Shown here piece after piece: positions 39,502-48,313 of a stretch of 64,000 nt of DNA. A program made the position numbers and the translations under genes. Numbering within the stretch: position 1 is the stretch's first letter; the number at the start of each line of letters is the position of its first letter. The notes under the pieces are model-generated. The model had not been told where the DNA came from and searched no databases. It was given only the letters and a program-made list of their open reading frames with translations. The DNA lies in NCBI GenBank assembly GCA_965223345.1, contig CBDCWG010000012.1:2976001-3040000 (forward strand), in the 5' to 3' direction. The stretch comes from Nitrospinales bacterium (GTDB lineage Bacteria; Nitrospinota; Nitrospinia; Nitrospinales; VA-1).

Positions 39502-40191
39502 CTAACCCATCTCTTCCATCAACGCCCGCAGTTGTGGCAGCACTTCCAGGATGTCCTGTTTGCCGAGTTGTTCGGCGAGGGGTTCCGCCTCCTGCAAGAG
39601 GGCCTGCATGGCCGTTTTGTTTCCCGTAAACAGGTGCAAGGGCGCGAGGGAAAACAGCGGCTGCAGCAGCCGCAGGGGATCGTTCTGCTCGCGCGCCAGC
39701 CGGATGCGGTTTTCCAGCGTCGCCACGCCGCGCTCCAGCGCCTGCTTGAGCGGAAGGTAGTCCTGCGTTTCCTCCTGCACATTGTCCCGCGACTTCAACG
39801 CTGCGCGGAAGCCCGCGAGTCCTTCCCGCCACTGACATTTGCGCCAGTACAGGATGGCGAGCAGGGTCTGCACCCGGTACGTTCCTTCCGCATGCGGCGC
39901 ACGTTTCAGGTTTTCCAGCGCCTGCTGGAAATGCGTCATGGCTTTTTTGAGCTGCGCCATCTCCCAGTAGACCGCCCCCAGCCGCGCGTGCACGCAGGCC
40001 GCCTCTTTCGCATTCTCCGTCACGCCGCTGATTTTGAGGGCCTGGGCGATCAGGGCGGCGGCTTTGGGCAGACGCCGCACCGTCTGATAGTGCTCTCCCA
40101 GAAGCAGGAGCGTCCGGGCTTCCTGTTCGCGGTCGCTGCGCTCGCGGGCGGTTTTCAGGTTTGCTTCCAGTTCTGCGGGATTCATGCTCAT
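39502..40191 (-). CDS. Tetratricopeptide-repeat protein
   Basis: TPR-like helices (LGEHY..A, LGAVY..AMTHFQQAL). Confidence 0.8.
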   Translation of the reverse strand: MSMNPAELEANLKTARERSDREQEARTLLLLGEHYQTVRRLPKAAALIAQALKISGVTENAKEAACVHARLGAVYWEMAQLKKAMTHFQQALENLKRAPHAEGTYRVQTLLAILYWRKCQWREGLAGFRAALKSRDNVQEETQDYLPLKQALERGVATLENRIRLAREQNDPLRLLQPLFSLAPLHLFTGNKTAMQALLQEAEPLAEQLGKQDILEVLPQLRALMEEMG

Positions 40192-40296
40192 GCGGGGTGC
40201 GTCCTCTCATCCCGTTTCTGTGGGAGAAGTCATTTTTTCGCCGGATGGCCTGTGCTATCCTTTGCGGAAACGATGACCCTCATTATGGAGGCATTC

Positions 40297-40614
40297 ATGC
40301 CTACGTTTCAAGAAATAGACATCCGCAGGGTAAAGGAAATGGTGGACAACAAAACCGCCAACGTGGTGGACATCCGCGATCCCGGCTCGTATCAGAGCGG
40401 CCACCTGCCGGATGCGGTGGCGGTGAACGACGGCAACGTCCAGCAATACACCGAAGCCGCCGACAAGGAAAAGCCGCTGATCGTTTACTGCTACCACGGC
40501 ATATCGAGCCAGGGTGCGGCGGCCTATTTCAAGGAGCAGGGATTCAAGGAAGTGTACAGCATGACGGGAGGGTACGAAGCCTGGCGCTCGGCCTACGCCA
40601 ACGAGGGACCCTGA
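40297..40614 (+). CDS. glpE: Thiosulfate sulfurtransferase (single-domain rhodanese)
   Basis: VDIRDP, active-site loop CYHGISS, YSMTGGYEAW; GGAGG RBS; 3' part of track ORF 39532..40614. Confidence 0.92.
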   Translation: MPTFQEIDIRRVKEMVDNKTANVVDIRDPGSYQSGHLPDAVAVNDGNVQQYTEAADKEKPLIVYCYHGISSQGAAAYFKEQGFKEVYSMTGGYEAWRSAYANEGP

Positions 40615-40659
40615 ACCCGGTGGGCTGTACCGCCGGGGAAGGACAGCGGCGCGGTTGGG

Positions 40660-41040
40660 TCAGGTGTGGCTCTCGAAGCGCTTTTCCAGATCCTTGGTCG
40701 AGAGCATGCCCACGATCTTTTTGTTGTGCACGACGGCGACGTGGTGGAAATTGTTTTTCTTCATCAGAATGCTCGCCTTCGTCAACGGTTCGTCCCGCTC
40801 GATGACGATGAGCTTGCGGGTCATGATGTCCTCGACGCGGAAGGATTTGGGATCGCCCTCCCCGTCCAGAACCTTGTGCCGCCAATCGTGCTTGGTGACG
40901 ATGCCGACGCATTTGCTGCCTTGCATCACCAGCAACGCGCCCACCCGGTGCTTGAACATCTCCTGCACGGCGTCGTGAGCCAGGGCGTCGGCCCCGGTGG
41001 TGATCACCGGCGCGCTCATGCAATCGCCTACCTTCTGCAT
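40660..41040 (-). CDS. CBS-pair protein
   Basis: VGDCMSAPVIT..VGIVT and VEDIMTRKLI..VGMLS. Confidence 0.9.
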   Translation of the reverse strand: MQKVGDCMSAPVITTGADALAHDAVQEMFKHRVGALLVMQGSKCVGIVTKHDWRHKVLDGEGDPKSFRVEDIMTRKLIVIERDEPLTKASILMKKNNFHHVAVVHNKKIVGMLSTKDLEKRFESHT

Positions 41041-41169
41041 CCGTCGCCTCTTTCCATCGATTCTCCCCTGCGTTGATACGCGCGCCCGTTTTGTCGCATC
41101 GCGATTATAATCGATTTTGGCACGCAGAGGAAGCGGCGGTGCGTTCCCCCGGCTGAACCGGCGGGCCGC

Positions 41170-41592
41170 TCAATCGCAGAATTTTTCCGTCTGTTCCTCT
41201 ATGCGGTCGAGATTCGCGAGGTAGTCGCCACAGGAGAGATCCATCGGCGGCATCCTCCAGGGGTCGCGCGTGCCGTGGCGTTTGCGGTGCTCGTTCTCCC
41301 AGTCGTCCCAGCGTTCCCGGTTGTACTCGCGGCAATCTTCGTACGCCCTTTCGATCTGGTCCTTGAGCTGGTTGAGGGCGTTGCAGGTGGCGCCTCCGGA
41401 ACGGCCGCGGCGATCGAAGGTGCGCGGAACTATCCTCTCGCCGCACAATTCGAGGATCTCCGCCTTGGAAAATCCCGAATCGAGCAGCCGGGTGATCAGC
41501 TTTTCGGAGCAGTCCGCCCAGGTGGTGGCGGGCGCAAAGCCGACGATGACGAAAACGAGTCCTGCCATTGGAATGATTCTGGAAAGTTTCAT
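41170..41592 (-). CDS. Hypothetical exported Cys-containing protein
   Basis: Signal peptide; six Cys. Confidence 0.6.
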   Translation of the reverse strand: MKLSRIIPMAGLVFVIVGFAPATTWADCSEKLITRLLDSGFSKAEILELCGERIVPRTFDRRGRSGGATCNALNQLKDQIERAYEDCREYNRERWDDWENEHRKRHGTRDPWRMPPMDLSCGDYLANLDRIEEQTEKFCD

Positions 41593-41989
41593 GGATCGCG
41601 ACGCCCCTATTCTTTTCGCAGGGTTTCCATTGCACGGGAAGCCGTCCGCCGTTTTGTGCGGCAGCGCACTCCCACATCGTTTCTTATCGGGAAGAGGTGT
41701 GTTTCATCTTATCAGTTCTTGCGCCGGGGCGGAAACGGCGGTGCGGTTTTTCCATTTCGCGGGTCCGCGCCATTTTGCACGGGCTGCGCGACTTGATTGA
41801 ATTATTGGAGCGTGCAGGCCGTCTCGACGATCGGGCGGCAGATTTACCCGGAAGGAGCATGGAATCGGTTAGAATGCAGGGATTCCGCAGCAATCGCTGC
41901 AACACGGGAGAGTATAATAACGGGTTGCGGTGACCCATGTGGTCACGGGCCGGAAAAAACATCCTTCCCATTCACTCTGGAGGCAGGAT

Positions 41990-42190
41990 ATGCACACCAA
42001 ACGACGCATTCACGATGGCATCGCGGGCGCGGTCATCGTCACGGGAATCGCGCTGGGTCACTGGGTTCACCCCTACTGGCTGTGGGTTCCGGGATTGCTG
42101 GGGCTGACGCTGCTGCAAAGCGCGTTCACCGGTTTCTGCCCGGTGTATTTCATTCTCGATAAGACCTGCGCCGTCGAGGAAACGGCTTGA
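41990..42190 (+). CDS. DUF2892 (YgaP-like) small membrane protein
   Basis: Two TMs, QSAFTGFCP; GGAGG RBS. Confidence 0.88.
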   Translation: MHTKRRIHDGIAGAVIVTGIALGHWVHPYWLWVPGLLGLTLLQSAFTGFCPVYFILDKTCAVEETA

Positions 42191-42462
42191 TGGACACCGA
42201 TGAGGTGCTGGAACAATTCGGCGAGGTGCCGCTGTACTTTTCGCACTACTACAATTTCCTCTTCATATATAAGAGCAAGCCCCTGGAAAACGGCGAGCAG
42301 ATTTTTCTGCAGATCGGCGGCAACATGGAAAAGGTGTCCGCAATGGTGGTGGACGCAGAAGAGCCGATGACGCTGGAAGAAATGTCGGAACACGATTTCG
42401 CCTACATCAAAAACAAGGACAACCAGGTGATCTGGAAGGACGGTGAACCCAAAGGGGATTGA
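42190..42462 (+). CDS. Hypothetical acidic protein
   Basis: TGATG overlap with DUF2892; host-like codon usage. Confidence 0.7.
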   Translation: MDTDEVLEQFGEVPLYFSHYYNFLFIYKSKPLENGEQIFLQIGGNMEKVSAMVVDAEEPMTLEEMSEHDFAYIKNKDNQVIWKDGEPKGD

Positions 42463-42721
42463 CGCACAGCCTCCCCGATACAAGCCGCTTCCAGCCCGCC
42501 GCAGCCTCCCTGCCTGTCCGCAATCCCTGCCTCACCCCCTCCCGGAAACAAACGCGCGCTTTTACAAGCCATTGGCTCCGATTCCTTGCCAGCGCCGCTC
42601 TGCCTGCCCCTATTCGCAAAGTGCCATTTTGATGCAATCGTGACACAACCTCCCCCAACCCTCCATCTTTCAATGCCATCCTGAATGAGCAAGGCATAGA
42701 AACCTTTATTGAGAGTCCGCG

Positions 42722-43783
42722 ATGCAACGAATTCTGCGCACATCCGATGAAAAACTGTGGAAGGAATGCCTGTCCCGTCTGGGCGTCGAGGACGTGTATT
42801 TTCTGCCCGAATACCTGCAGATCAACGAATCGGTGAGCGAAGGCCAGGCGGAATGTTTTGTGTTCGAGGATGGATCGGGGATCGGTCTCTACCCCTACAT
42901 CAAGCGGCCGATCGACGGCACCGACCTGTACGACATCACTTCCGCCTACGGTTTCGGCGGATACCTGCTGTCGAACGTAACGCTTGAAGAAAAATTCAAC
43001 GCCGCGTTCCGTGCACATTGCCGCGAAGCGGGCATCGTGAGCGAGTTCGTTCGCTTTCATCCGCTGTTCGGCAATCACGATTTGTTGAACGACGTCTCGC
43101 TGCAGGTGGAGAACCTGCACGCCACCGTCACCGCCTGTTTTCCCAACGGCGCTGCCGATCTCGACGGGATGATCGGCAAGGAAGCCCGCAAGAAAATCCG
43201 CAAAGCGGAAAAAAACGGGATCACCGTCGTCACGGGTGCGGAAGATGAACACTACGCAGCGTTCGTGGATCTCTATACCCGCACCATGAACCACAAGCAC
43301 GCGTCGGATTTTTATTTTTTCGATGACAATTATTTCCAGCAGATGAAGCTGCGGTTGCGGGACCACCTGTCTTTAGGGGTTGCGTTCTATGGGGACAAAA
43401 TGGTCGGCGGACTGCTCATCTTTCACGGCGGCGGCTTCGCCTACAACCACCTGTCGGGATCGGACTACGATCACCGCAATCTCGGCGTCAACGACATCCT
43501 GCAGTACAAAGCGATGCAATGGGCGGCCGAGCGGGGCTGCAAACGCTATCTGCTGGGAGGCGGCATGAGCGGGGAAGACTCCCTGTTTCACTTCAAAGCC
43601 AAATTCTCTCCCGGCCGGGAACCCTATTTCATCGGCAAACGCATCCACCTTCCCGAAACCCACAAGGAGTTGTGCCGCAAACAAATTTCACAGGAGAAAT
43701 GCAAACCGGCGGAGTTTCTTGCGAGAAACTGGTTCCCCCTGTACCGCAGCGTGCCCACCACGAAGACCCCCTCACACCACTGA
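42722..43783 (+). CDS. FemAB-like GNAT acyltransferase
   Basis: DITSAYGFGG, SEFVRFHPL, LGGG..DSLFHFKAKF, FPLYR. Confidence 0.85.
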   Translation: MQRILRTSDEKLWKECLSRLGVEDVYFLPEYLQINESVSEGQAECFVFEDGSGIGLYPYIKRPIDGTDLYDITSAYGFGGYLLSNVTLEEKFNAAFRAHCREAGIVSEFVRFHPLFGNHDLLNDVSLQVENLHATVTACFPNGAADLDGMIGKEARKKIRKAEKNGITVVTGAEDEHYAAFVDLYTRTMNHKHASDFYFFDDNYFQQMKLRLRDHLSLGVAFYGDKMVGGLLIFHGGGFAYNHLSGSDYDHRNLGVNDILQYKAMQWAAERGCKRYLLGGGMSGEDSLFHFKAKFSPGREPYFIGKRIHLPETHKELCRKQISQEKCKPAEFLARNWFPLYRSVPTTKTPSHH

Positions 43784-43913
43784 ACAACGACAGCCGTTTG
43801 CCTGCATCGCAGGCGCAACGACAAAATCACAGTGACCGCAAACCTTGCGGGCGTTCTATTCGGATTTAAAGATTTAGATGGGTATTAAATAATGAACGGA
43901 AGCGGTGGCGCGC

Positions 43914-44186
43914 TCATTTGTAGGGACACACGTGGGTGATGAAAAACCCGAATCCGCCGCCAAACACCAGGGCCAGCGTGAGCAGGGATTTCCACTGGGC
44001 GCGGATGAAACCGGGACGGTTCGCGCCGACGCTCAGCGAAGCCGCGTTCGCGCTGACGGCCGCATTCCGCAATCCGCTGGCGGCGGTTTCCCTGTGGATC
44101 GCCCACAGGAACAGCACCGACCCGGCATAGGCAAAGCCTGCGAAAACCGCAAGCAGATTGTAGGTGAATGCGTCCATCGGATTCAC
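43914..44186 (-). CDS. Small two-TM hypothetical protein
   Basis: AGGAG RBS; two hydrophobic segments; same strand as and downstream of the RiPP cluster. Confidence 0.55.
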   Translation of the reverse strand: MNPMDAFTYNLLAVFAGFAYAGSVLFLWAIHRETAASGLRNAAVSANAASLSVGANRPGFIRAQWKSLLTLALVFGGGFGFFITHVCPYK

Positions 44187-44385
44187 GCTTTTTCTCCTGA
44201 AGGGAAACTATGAAGCCGGCCCGCGCTCAGAAACCGAACAGGGCAATTCCCAGGGAAACCGCCGCGTAGATCACACAGAACACGCAGGCGAAAAAGGGCT
44301 TTTTATAGAGCTGGCTGAATCGTTTCATAGAGACAGTATAGTCCCTCCGCCCATGCCGCGCAAGACCGGCGCCCTTCCTTATGGA

Positions 44386-45213
44386 TCAATCCTCCCGCGG
44401 CCCCAGAAAAGCCACATACAACACGGTTTCCTGGATGCCATCGAGGTTGAGCTTTCTATTGGCCAGATCGTCGTAAAACCCGCAGGTGGTCATCACAGCC
44501 AGGTTCAGGGCCGTGCAGGCGAGGTAGATGTTCTGCCCGAGGTGGCCGACGTCCAGCAGCACGTAGCGGTAACCCCGTTCCCCGTACTTGCGCTTGGTCC
44601 GTTGCAGCACCCCCGAAATGAGGACCGTCACCGCCGCCTGGCGCACGTATTCCTGACCGCAGCAGATTTCGGTCAGCGGCTCCGATTGATCTCCGGGAAC
44701 CAGCAATTCGAGCGCGTGGCCGGGGACGTTGTAATGATAGATCCCCGCATCGAGGCCGTGCACGTTGCGCACTCCCAGGTAGATTTCCGCAGGATACAGG
44801 GCCCCTCCGGAAGGCGCGGCGCGCAGGGGCAGTGTGCCTCCGTCCGGCCGGTTGATTTCCCCGGTGATGCCGTAGCTCTGATGCAACAGCTTCGACAGGT
44901 CCTCGAGTTTCATCGGCGCATCGGAAAATTCCCGCACCGACCTTCTGGATTCGATCACCGCATCGTAGGTGGTCTGCACGGGCGTCCAGGTTTCTTTCGG
45001 CGGCAGCGGGATCTGCGGGAACAGTTCGTACTGTTTGTATCCGCGCGACATGGCCAGAACTTCCGCTTCCGTGTAGCTGCCGGCGGCTATCATCTCCGCA
45101 GGCAGGGAGGGTTGCAGTTTCGTGTTCTCGTGAAACAGCTCGGAAACGGATACGGAATCGGGATCTTCTTTTTTCGGGCCGATCACGGCGGGCTGAATGA
45201 TGATTCCAGGCAT
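44386..45213 (-). CDS. SagB/ThcOx-type FMN-dependent azoline dehydrogenase
   Basis: FHENTK, SRRSVREF, RAAPSGGALYP, KYGERGYRYVLLDVGHLGQN. Confidence 0.95.
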   Translation of the reverse strand: MPGIIIQPAVIGPKKEDPDSVSVSELFHENTKLQPSLPAEMIAAGSYTEAEVLAMSRGYKQYELFPQIPLPPKETWTPVQTTYDAVIESRRSVREFSDAPMKLEDLSKLLHQSYGITGEINRPDGGTLPLRAAPSGGALYPAEIYLGVRNVHGLDAGIYHYNVPGHALELLVPGDQSEPLTEICCGQEYVRQAAVTVLISGVLQRTKRKYGERGYRYVLLDVGHLGQNIYLACTALNLAVMTTCGFYDDLANRKLNLDGIQETVLYVAFLGPRED

Positions 45214-45234
45214 AACGGCTTCTCCGTTCTGGTT

Positions 45235-46605
45235 TCAGGGAAAAGGATGCGGACAGGGGTTGAGGTCTTCCTCTTTCAGCGGCTCGGGCAAAAACCCGCA
45301 GCGCACCGGAACGTCGTACAGTCTTCGCCCCCCCAGATAGCGGCGGGCGTGGTGATTGTCGAGAGGTTGCAATCCGGGGATGACGGATCGAACGACTTTG
45401 AACCCCGCATCGTCGATGTCCTCGGTGGTCAGGTCGAAACTGACGACATCCAGCCCGCGCGCGTCCAGCATGCGCACCAGTTTTTTGACGTCCGCCACCC
45501 GGCTGCCGGTGGCTTCGCTTTTAAGCTCGGGGACGGAAAGCCGCGTCTTCGAGCTGTTGAGAAAATCCGTGGTGCCGCGCAGGGCGGGGCTGACCGCGTG
45601 CGCCAACGCGTGCAGGGTTGGCGTCGTGATGTTTGCGAAATCCGGATCGGGCTTGAAATCGTCCTTCAGTCTGGCGTACCGGTTCATGCCGAGGAAGGTC
45701 AGGTACGCTTCCTCGAGAGCCTGGATCAGCGCCCGGTCCGGGTCGAGGTCGGCGCCGATGCCCATGACCGTGCGCGGCGCAACGTCGAGCCGGGTTTTGA
45801 GCATCACGGAGATCACGGCCACGTCCATGTCGAGGGCCAGGTAATTGGCCTCGCAGCGCAGCGGAACGGGTTCGAGCACGTTGAGCAGCCGCTGCACGAA
45901 CGGATCGCGCGAGCTCCAGGGATCGAGACGCGGCATCGGCAGGCGGTTTTTCCACACGATCATGAAAAAATCGCGTTCGATCGCTTCGAGAATGCTTTTG
46001 TACAACGCCGCCGCCAGGGTCGTGCCGCAGGCCAGTCCGGTGGAGATGGGGTTGAAAAACGCCGGTTCTTTGGGCTTGTCGAACAGATACGGGACATACA
46101 CAAACGCCGCCGGCACATGGCGGGGCGTTTCATCGCGCAGGGAAAACCCCCGCGCCCAGCGCACCGGGGTCTGCGATGTGAGCGGCGTGAAGGGAAAACC
46201 GGCGCGCGCGTACTGGCGCGCGCTGAACAGCGCGAAGGACCGGGGATCGACCGCATCCCCGCTCAGTTCCTCATACGTCGAGAATAACAGCGCTTCCTTA
46301 TCATAGTGGCCGGAGCAATAGCGCTCGACGCTTTCGCCGATCGCCTTCATGATGGCGCGGTCGGGATCCACCGACGCGGCGTCGCCGTAGTTGAGCGCCT
46401 TCATTCCGCAAAACGCCGACACATCCGCCGGCTCGCTGTGCGAGAAGAACACCTGCGGCTCGCCGGGAAACAGCTCTTCAAAATCGACCTTGGAGAGGAT
46501 GCCGGAACGATCGCTCACCAGCCGCTGGGCGCGCAGGATCCCTTCCGCAATCTGGGTATCCGGTCCGTCCCTTAAGTGGTTCAGGGATATCAATGGGTTG
46601 TTCAA
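45235..46605 (-). CDS. YcaO cyclodehydratase, azoline-forming type
   Basis: KAIGESVERY, STGLACG, EAIERD, VIPGLQP, C-terminal PCPHPFP; TTG start overlapping the upstream TGA. Confidence 0.95.
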   Translation of the reverse strand: MNNPLISLNHLRDGPDTQIAEGILRAQRLVSDRSGILSKVDFEELFPGEPQVFFSHSEPADVSAFCGMKALNYGDAASVDPDRAIMKAIGESVERYCSGHYDKEALLFSTYEELSGDAVDPRSFALFSARQYARAGFPFTPLTSQTPVRWARGFSLRDETPRHVPAAFVYVPYLFDKPKEPAFFNPISTGLACGTTLAAALYKSILEAIERDFFMIVWKNRLPMPRLDPWSSRDPFVQRLLNVLEPVPLRCEANYLALDMDVAVISVMLKTRLDVAPRTVMGIGADLDPDRALIQALEEAYLTFLGMNRYARLKDDFKPDPDFANITTPTLHALAHAVSPALRGTTDFLNSSKTRLSVPELKSEATGSRVADVKKLVRMLDARGLDVVSFDLTTEDIDDAGFKVVRSVIPGLQPLDNHHARRYLGGRRLYDVPVRCGFLPEPLKEEDLNPCPHPFP

Positions 46606-47666
46606 GGGGCCTGCTTTGTGAGAAAGAGGGTCTGGTTCCAGGCTTCCTGCCGGGGCGGTGTCGAATGGCAGGCGGGACAACGGGGCAGCCGCAGCACCGT
46701 GTGGCCGACGCCGGCCGGCGAGGTGCTCTTGAATTCGTAAAACCGCCCGATGGTGTGCGGCGGGGCGAAGCCGGTGATCTGCCGGGCGGCTTCCAGCGCC
46801 GTCTGGCCCGCGATCACGTCGATCAAGGGCGGCGGAAAGCCCTCATCGGGATGAGGCGGGTTGGTTTTGAGGTGCTCTTTGAAAGCCCGGTATCCTTCCG
46901 CATCCTGCGTGTTGGAGGCGATCCGCCCCTCATAGCACTCATAACAGGCAGACTGGTGCGGCACCACCGTCGGTCCCAGGGCGGCCGTGGTCCCCTCCAT
47001 CGCGATCCGCATCCAGCGCTGCCCTTCAGTCAGGCAGGCGGCATTGACAGCTTCAAAAAAGGAAAACGCCGCTGTGTTCTCACAGGCGATCAAAAGATCC
47101 CAGTTTTCCGCATCGGGTTTGCCGTTGCCGTTCGGCACCGACGGCGATCTCAATTTCCCACCGGCAAAATCGAGGGCGACGGGCCGCGCACCGAGCTCCG
47201 TCAGTGCCCGCTCAATGGGGGACACCAGCCCGCCCTCTCCCACCAGTGCGATCCGGGCTGCCCGCAGGGACGCCAACGCCCCCTGGGGATTGGGCACATA
47301 ATGGGAAAAAAACTGGATTTGCCGTTCGCAATCTTTCAGGTCTTCAGGGTTGAGGGGAGACGGCGGAGGGACATTTCCTTCCTGCAAAAGCCCGTTAGCT
47401 TTGAGGATCTTGAGCAGGAAGGAAATCGTGGTTGGCAAATACGTGTCCCCGCCCGATGCGGTGATCTCTTCCAGACGATGCTCGCCATCCAGTAAGGGCC
47501 GTATCGCCGCAAACGCACTGAGAAAAAGATCGTGCCGAAGTGTGAACGCGAATTCGGCTGCCCGGAACTGAATCCGGTCGTCCCCCAGATCGATGACCGT
47601 TGCCCAGGGTGCGAGTTTGGGCTTTTGCGGCAAAGGTATCGTTGCGTTTTTTAAAGCGGGTTTCAT
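46602..47666 (-). CDS. TOMM leader-peptide-binding protein (RRE plus E1/ThiF-like C protein)
   Basis: N-terminal winged-helix RRE-like segment (LLDGEHRLEEI..LKANGLL), LGPTVVPHQSACYEC, LRLPRCPAC. Confidence 0.9.
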   Translation of the reverse strand: MKPALKNATIPLPQKPKLAPWATVIDLGDDRIQFRAAEFAFTLRHDLFLSAFAAIRPLLDGEHRLEEITASGGDTYLPTTISFLLKILKANGLLQEGNVPPPSPLNPEDLKDCERQIQFFSHYVPNPQGALASLRAARIALVGEGGLVSPIERALTELGARPVALDFAGGKLRSPSVPNGNGKPDAENWDLLIACENTAAFSFFEAVNAACLTEGQRWMRIAMEGTTAALGPTVVPHQSACYECYEGRIASNTQDAEGYRAFKEHLKTNPPHPDEGFPPPLIDVIAGQTALEAARQITGFAPPHTIGRFYEFKSTSPAGVGHTVLRLPRCPACHSTPPRQEAWNQTLFLTKQAP

Positions 47667-47760
47667 TCAAGGCTCTCTCTGAAAACGAAGCATCATTCCG
47701 GGACCCCTCATCGAGCATCAAGCCTTTGACATTTGAATCGCAACCCGGTCGATCGTCGAG

Positions 47761-47973
47761 TTATTCCGCTGCCCAGCAGGTGCAGCATACGGCTACCGGG
47801 CGGATGTTCTGCCTTTGAATCCCCAGCGGCTCGACGGACTGGATGGCGAGCATGCCATTCTCGTCCAATCCATAATCAACCATGATTTTCTCGGAATCGG
47901 AAACCAGTTTCTTCCTGTAATTCTCATCCAGAGACAACCGTTCGATCGCTTCCTGCAGTTCTGTGTGTGCCAT
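47761..47973 (-). CDS. RiPP precursor peptide (NHLP-clan-like helical leader, Cys/Thr core)
   Basis: GGAGGT RBS; leader IERLSLDENYRKKLVSD..YGLD; C-terminal VAVCCTCWAAE; first gene of the cluster. Confidence 0.85.
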   Translation of the reverse strand: MAHTELQEAIERLSLDENYRKKLVSDSEKIMVDYGLDENGMLAIQSVEPLGIQRQNIRPVAVCCTCWAAE

Positions 47974-48313
47974 TCCAATACCTCCACTTGATTAAGGTTG
48001 TTCCTCCTGGCCCTCATAAAAATTCCCTATACCATGATTTTACGAGACCTGTCCATCTCTATTTCGGCGCAGAAAAAACATTAACTCATTTATTTTATTG
48101 GTCTTCCGAAAGATTCGCCGGGAAGTATTGGCATTGCAGATTATAGGATATCGGATATTGACGTTTACAGGGAATGACTTTTCTAATTTTTAAACTAACT
48201 ATTAGCAGAATTAACATAATGGGTTATGATTAGCCTCGCTGTCGATTGCCATATCATTCGGGTTCCAGAAATTCGATTTTCTGCGTTCACTGGATTTATT
48301 TGCCCGGAAAATA

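Noticed and set aside
39532..40296. Long N-terminal extension of the rhodanese ORF
   Set aside because: Overlaps the TPR gene antisense; the RBS and homology start at 40297.
42722..43783. GNAT as a tailoring enzyme of the RiPP cluster
   Set aside because: Opposite strand and of the FemAB/cell-envelope type; nothing links it to the cluster beyond proximity.
44164..46287. 707-aa plus-strand ORF
   Set aside because: Antisense shadow of the SagB and YcaO genes.
46606..46680. N-terminal 25 aa of the YcaO track ORF, or an E1-YcaO fusion by frameshift
   Set aside because: A TTG start overlapping the upstream TGA explains the junction as translational coupling.
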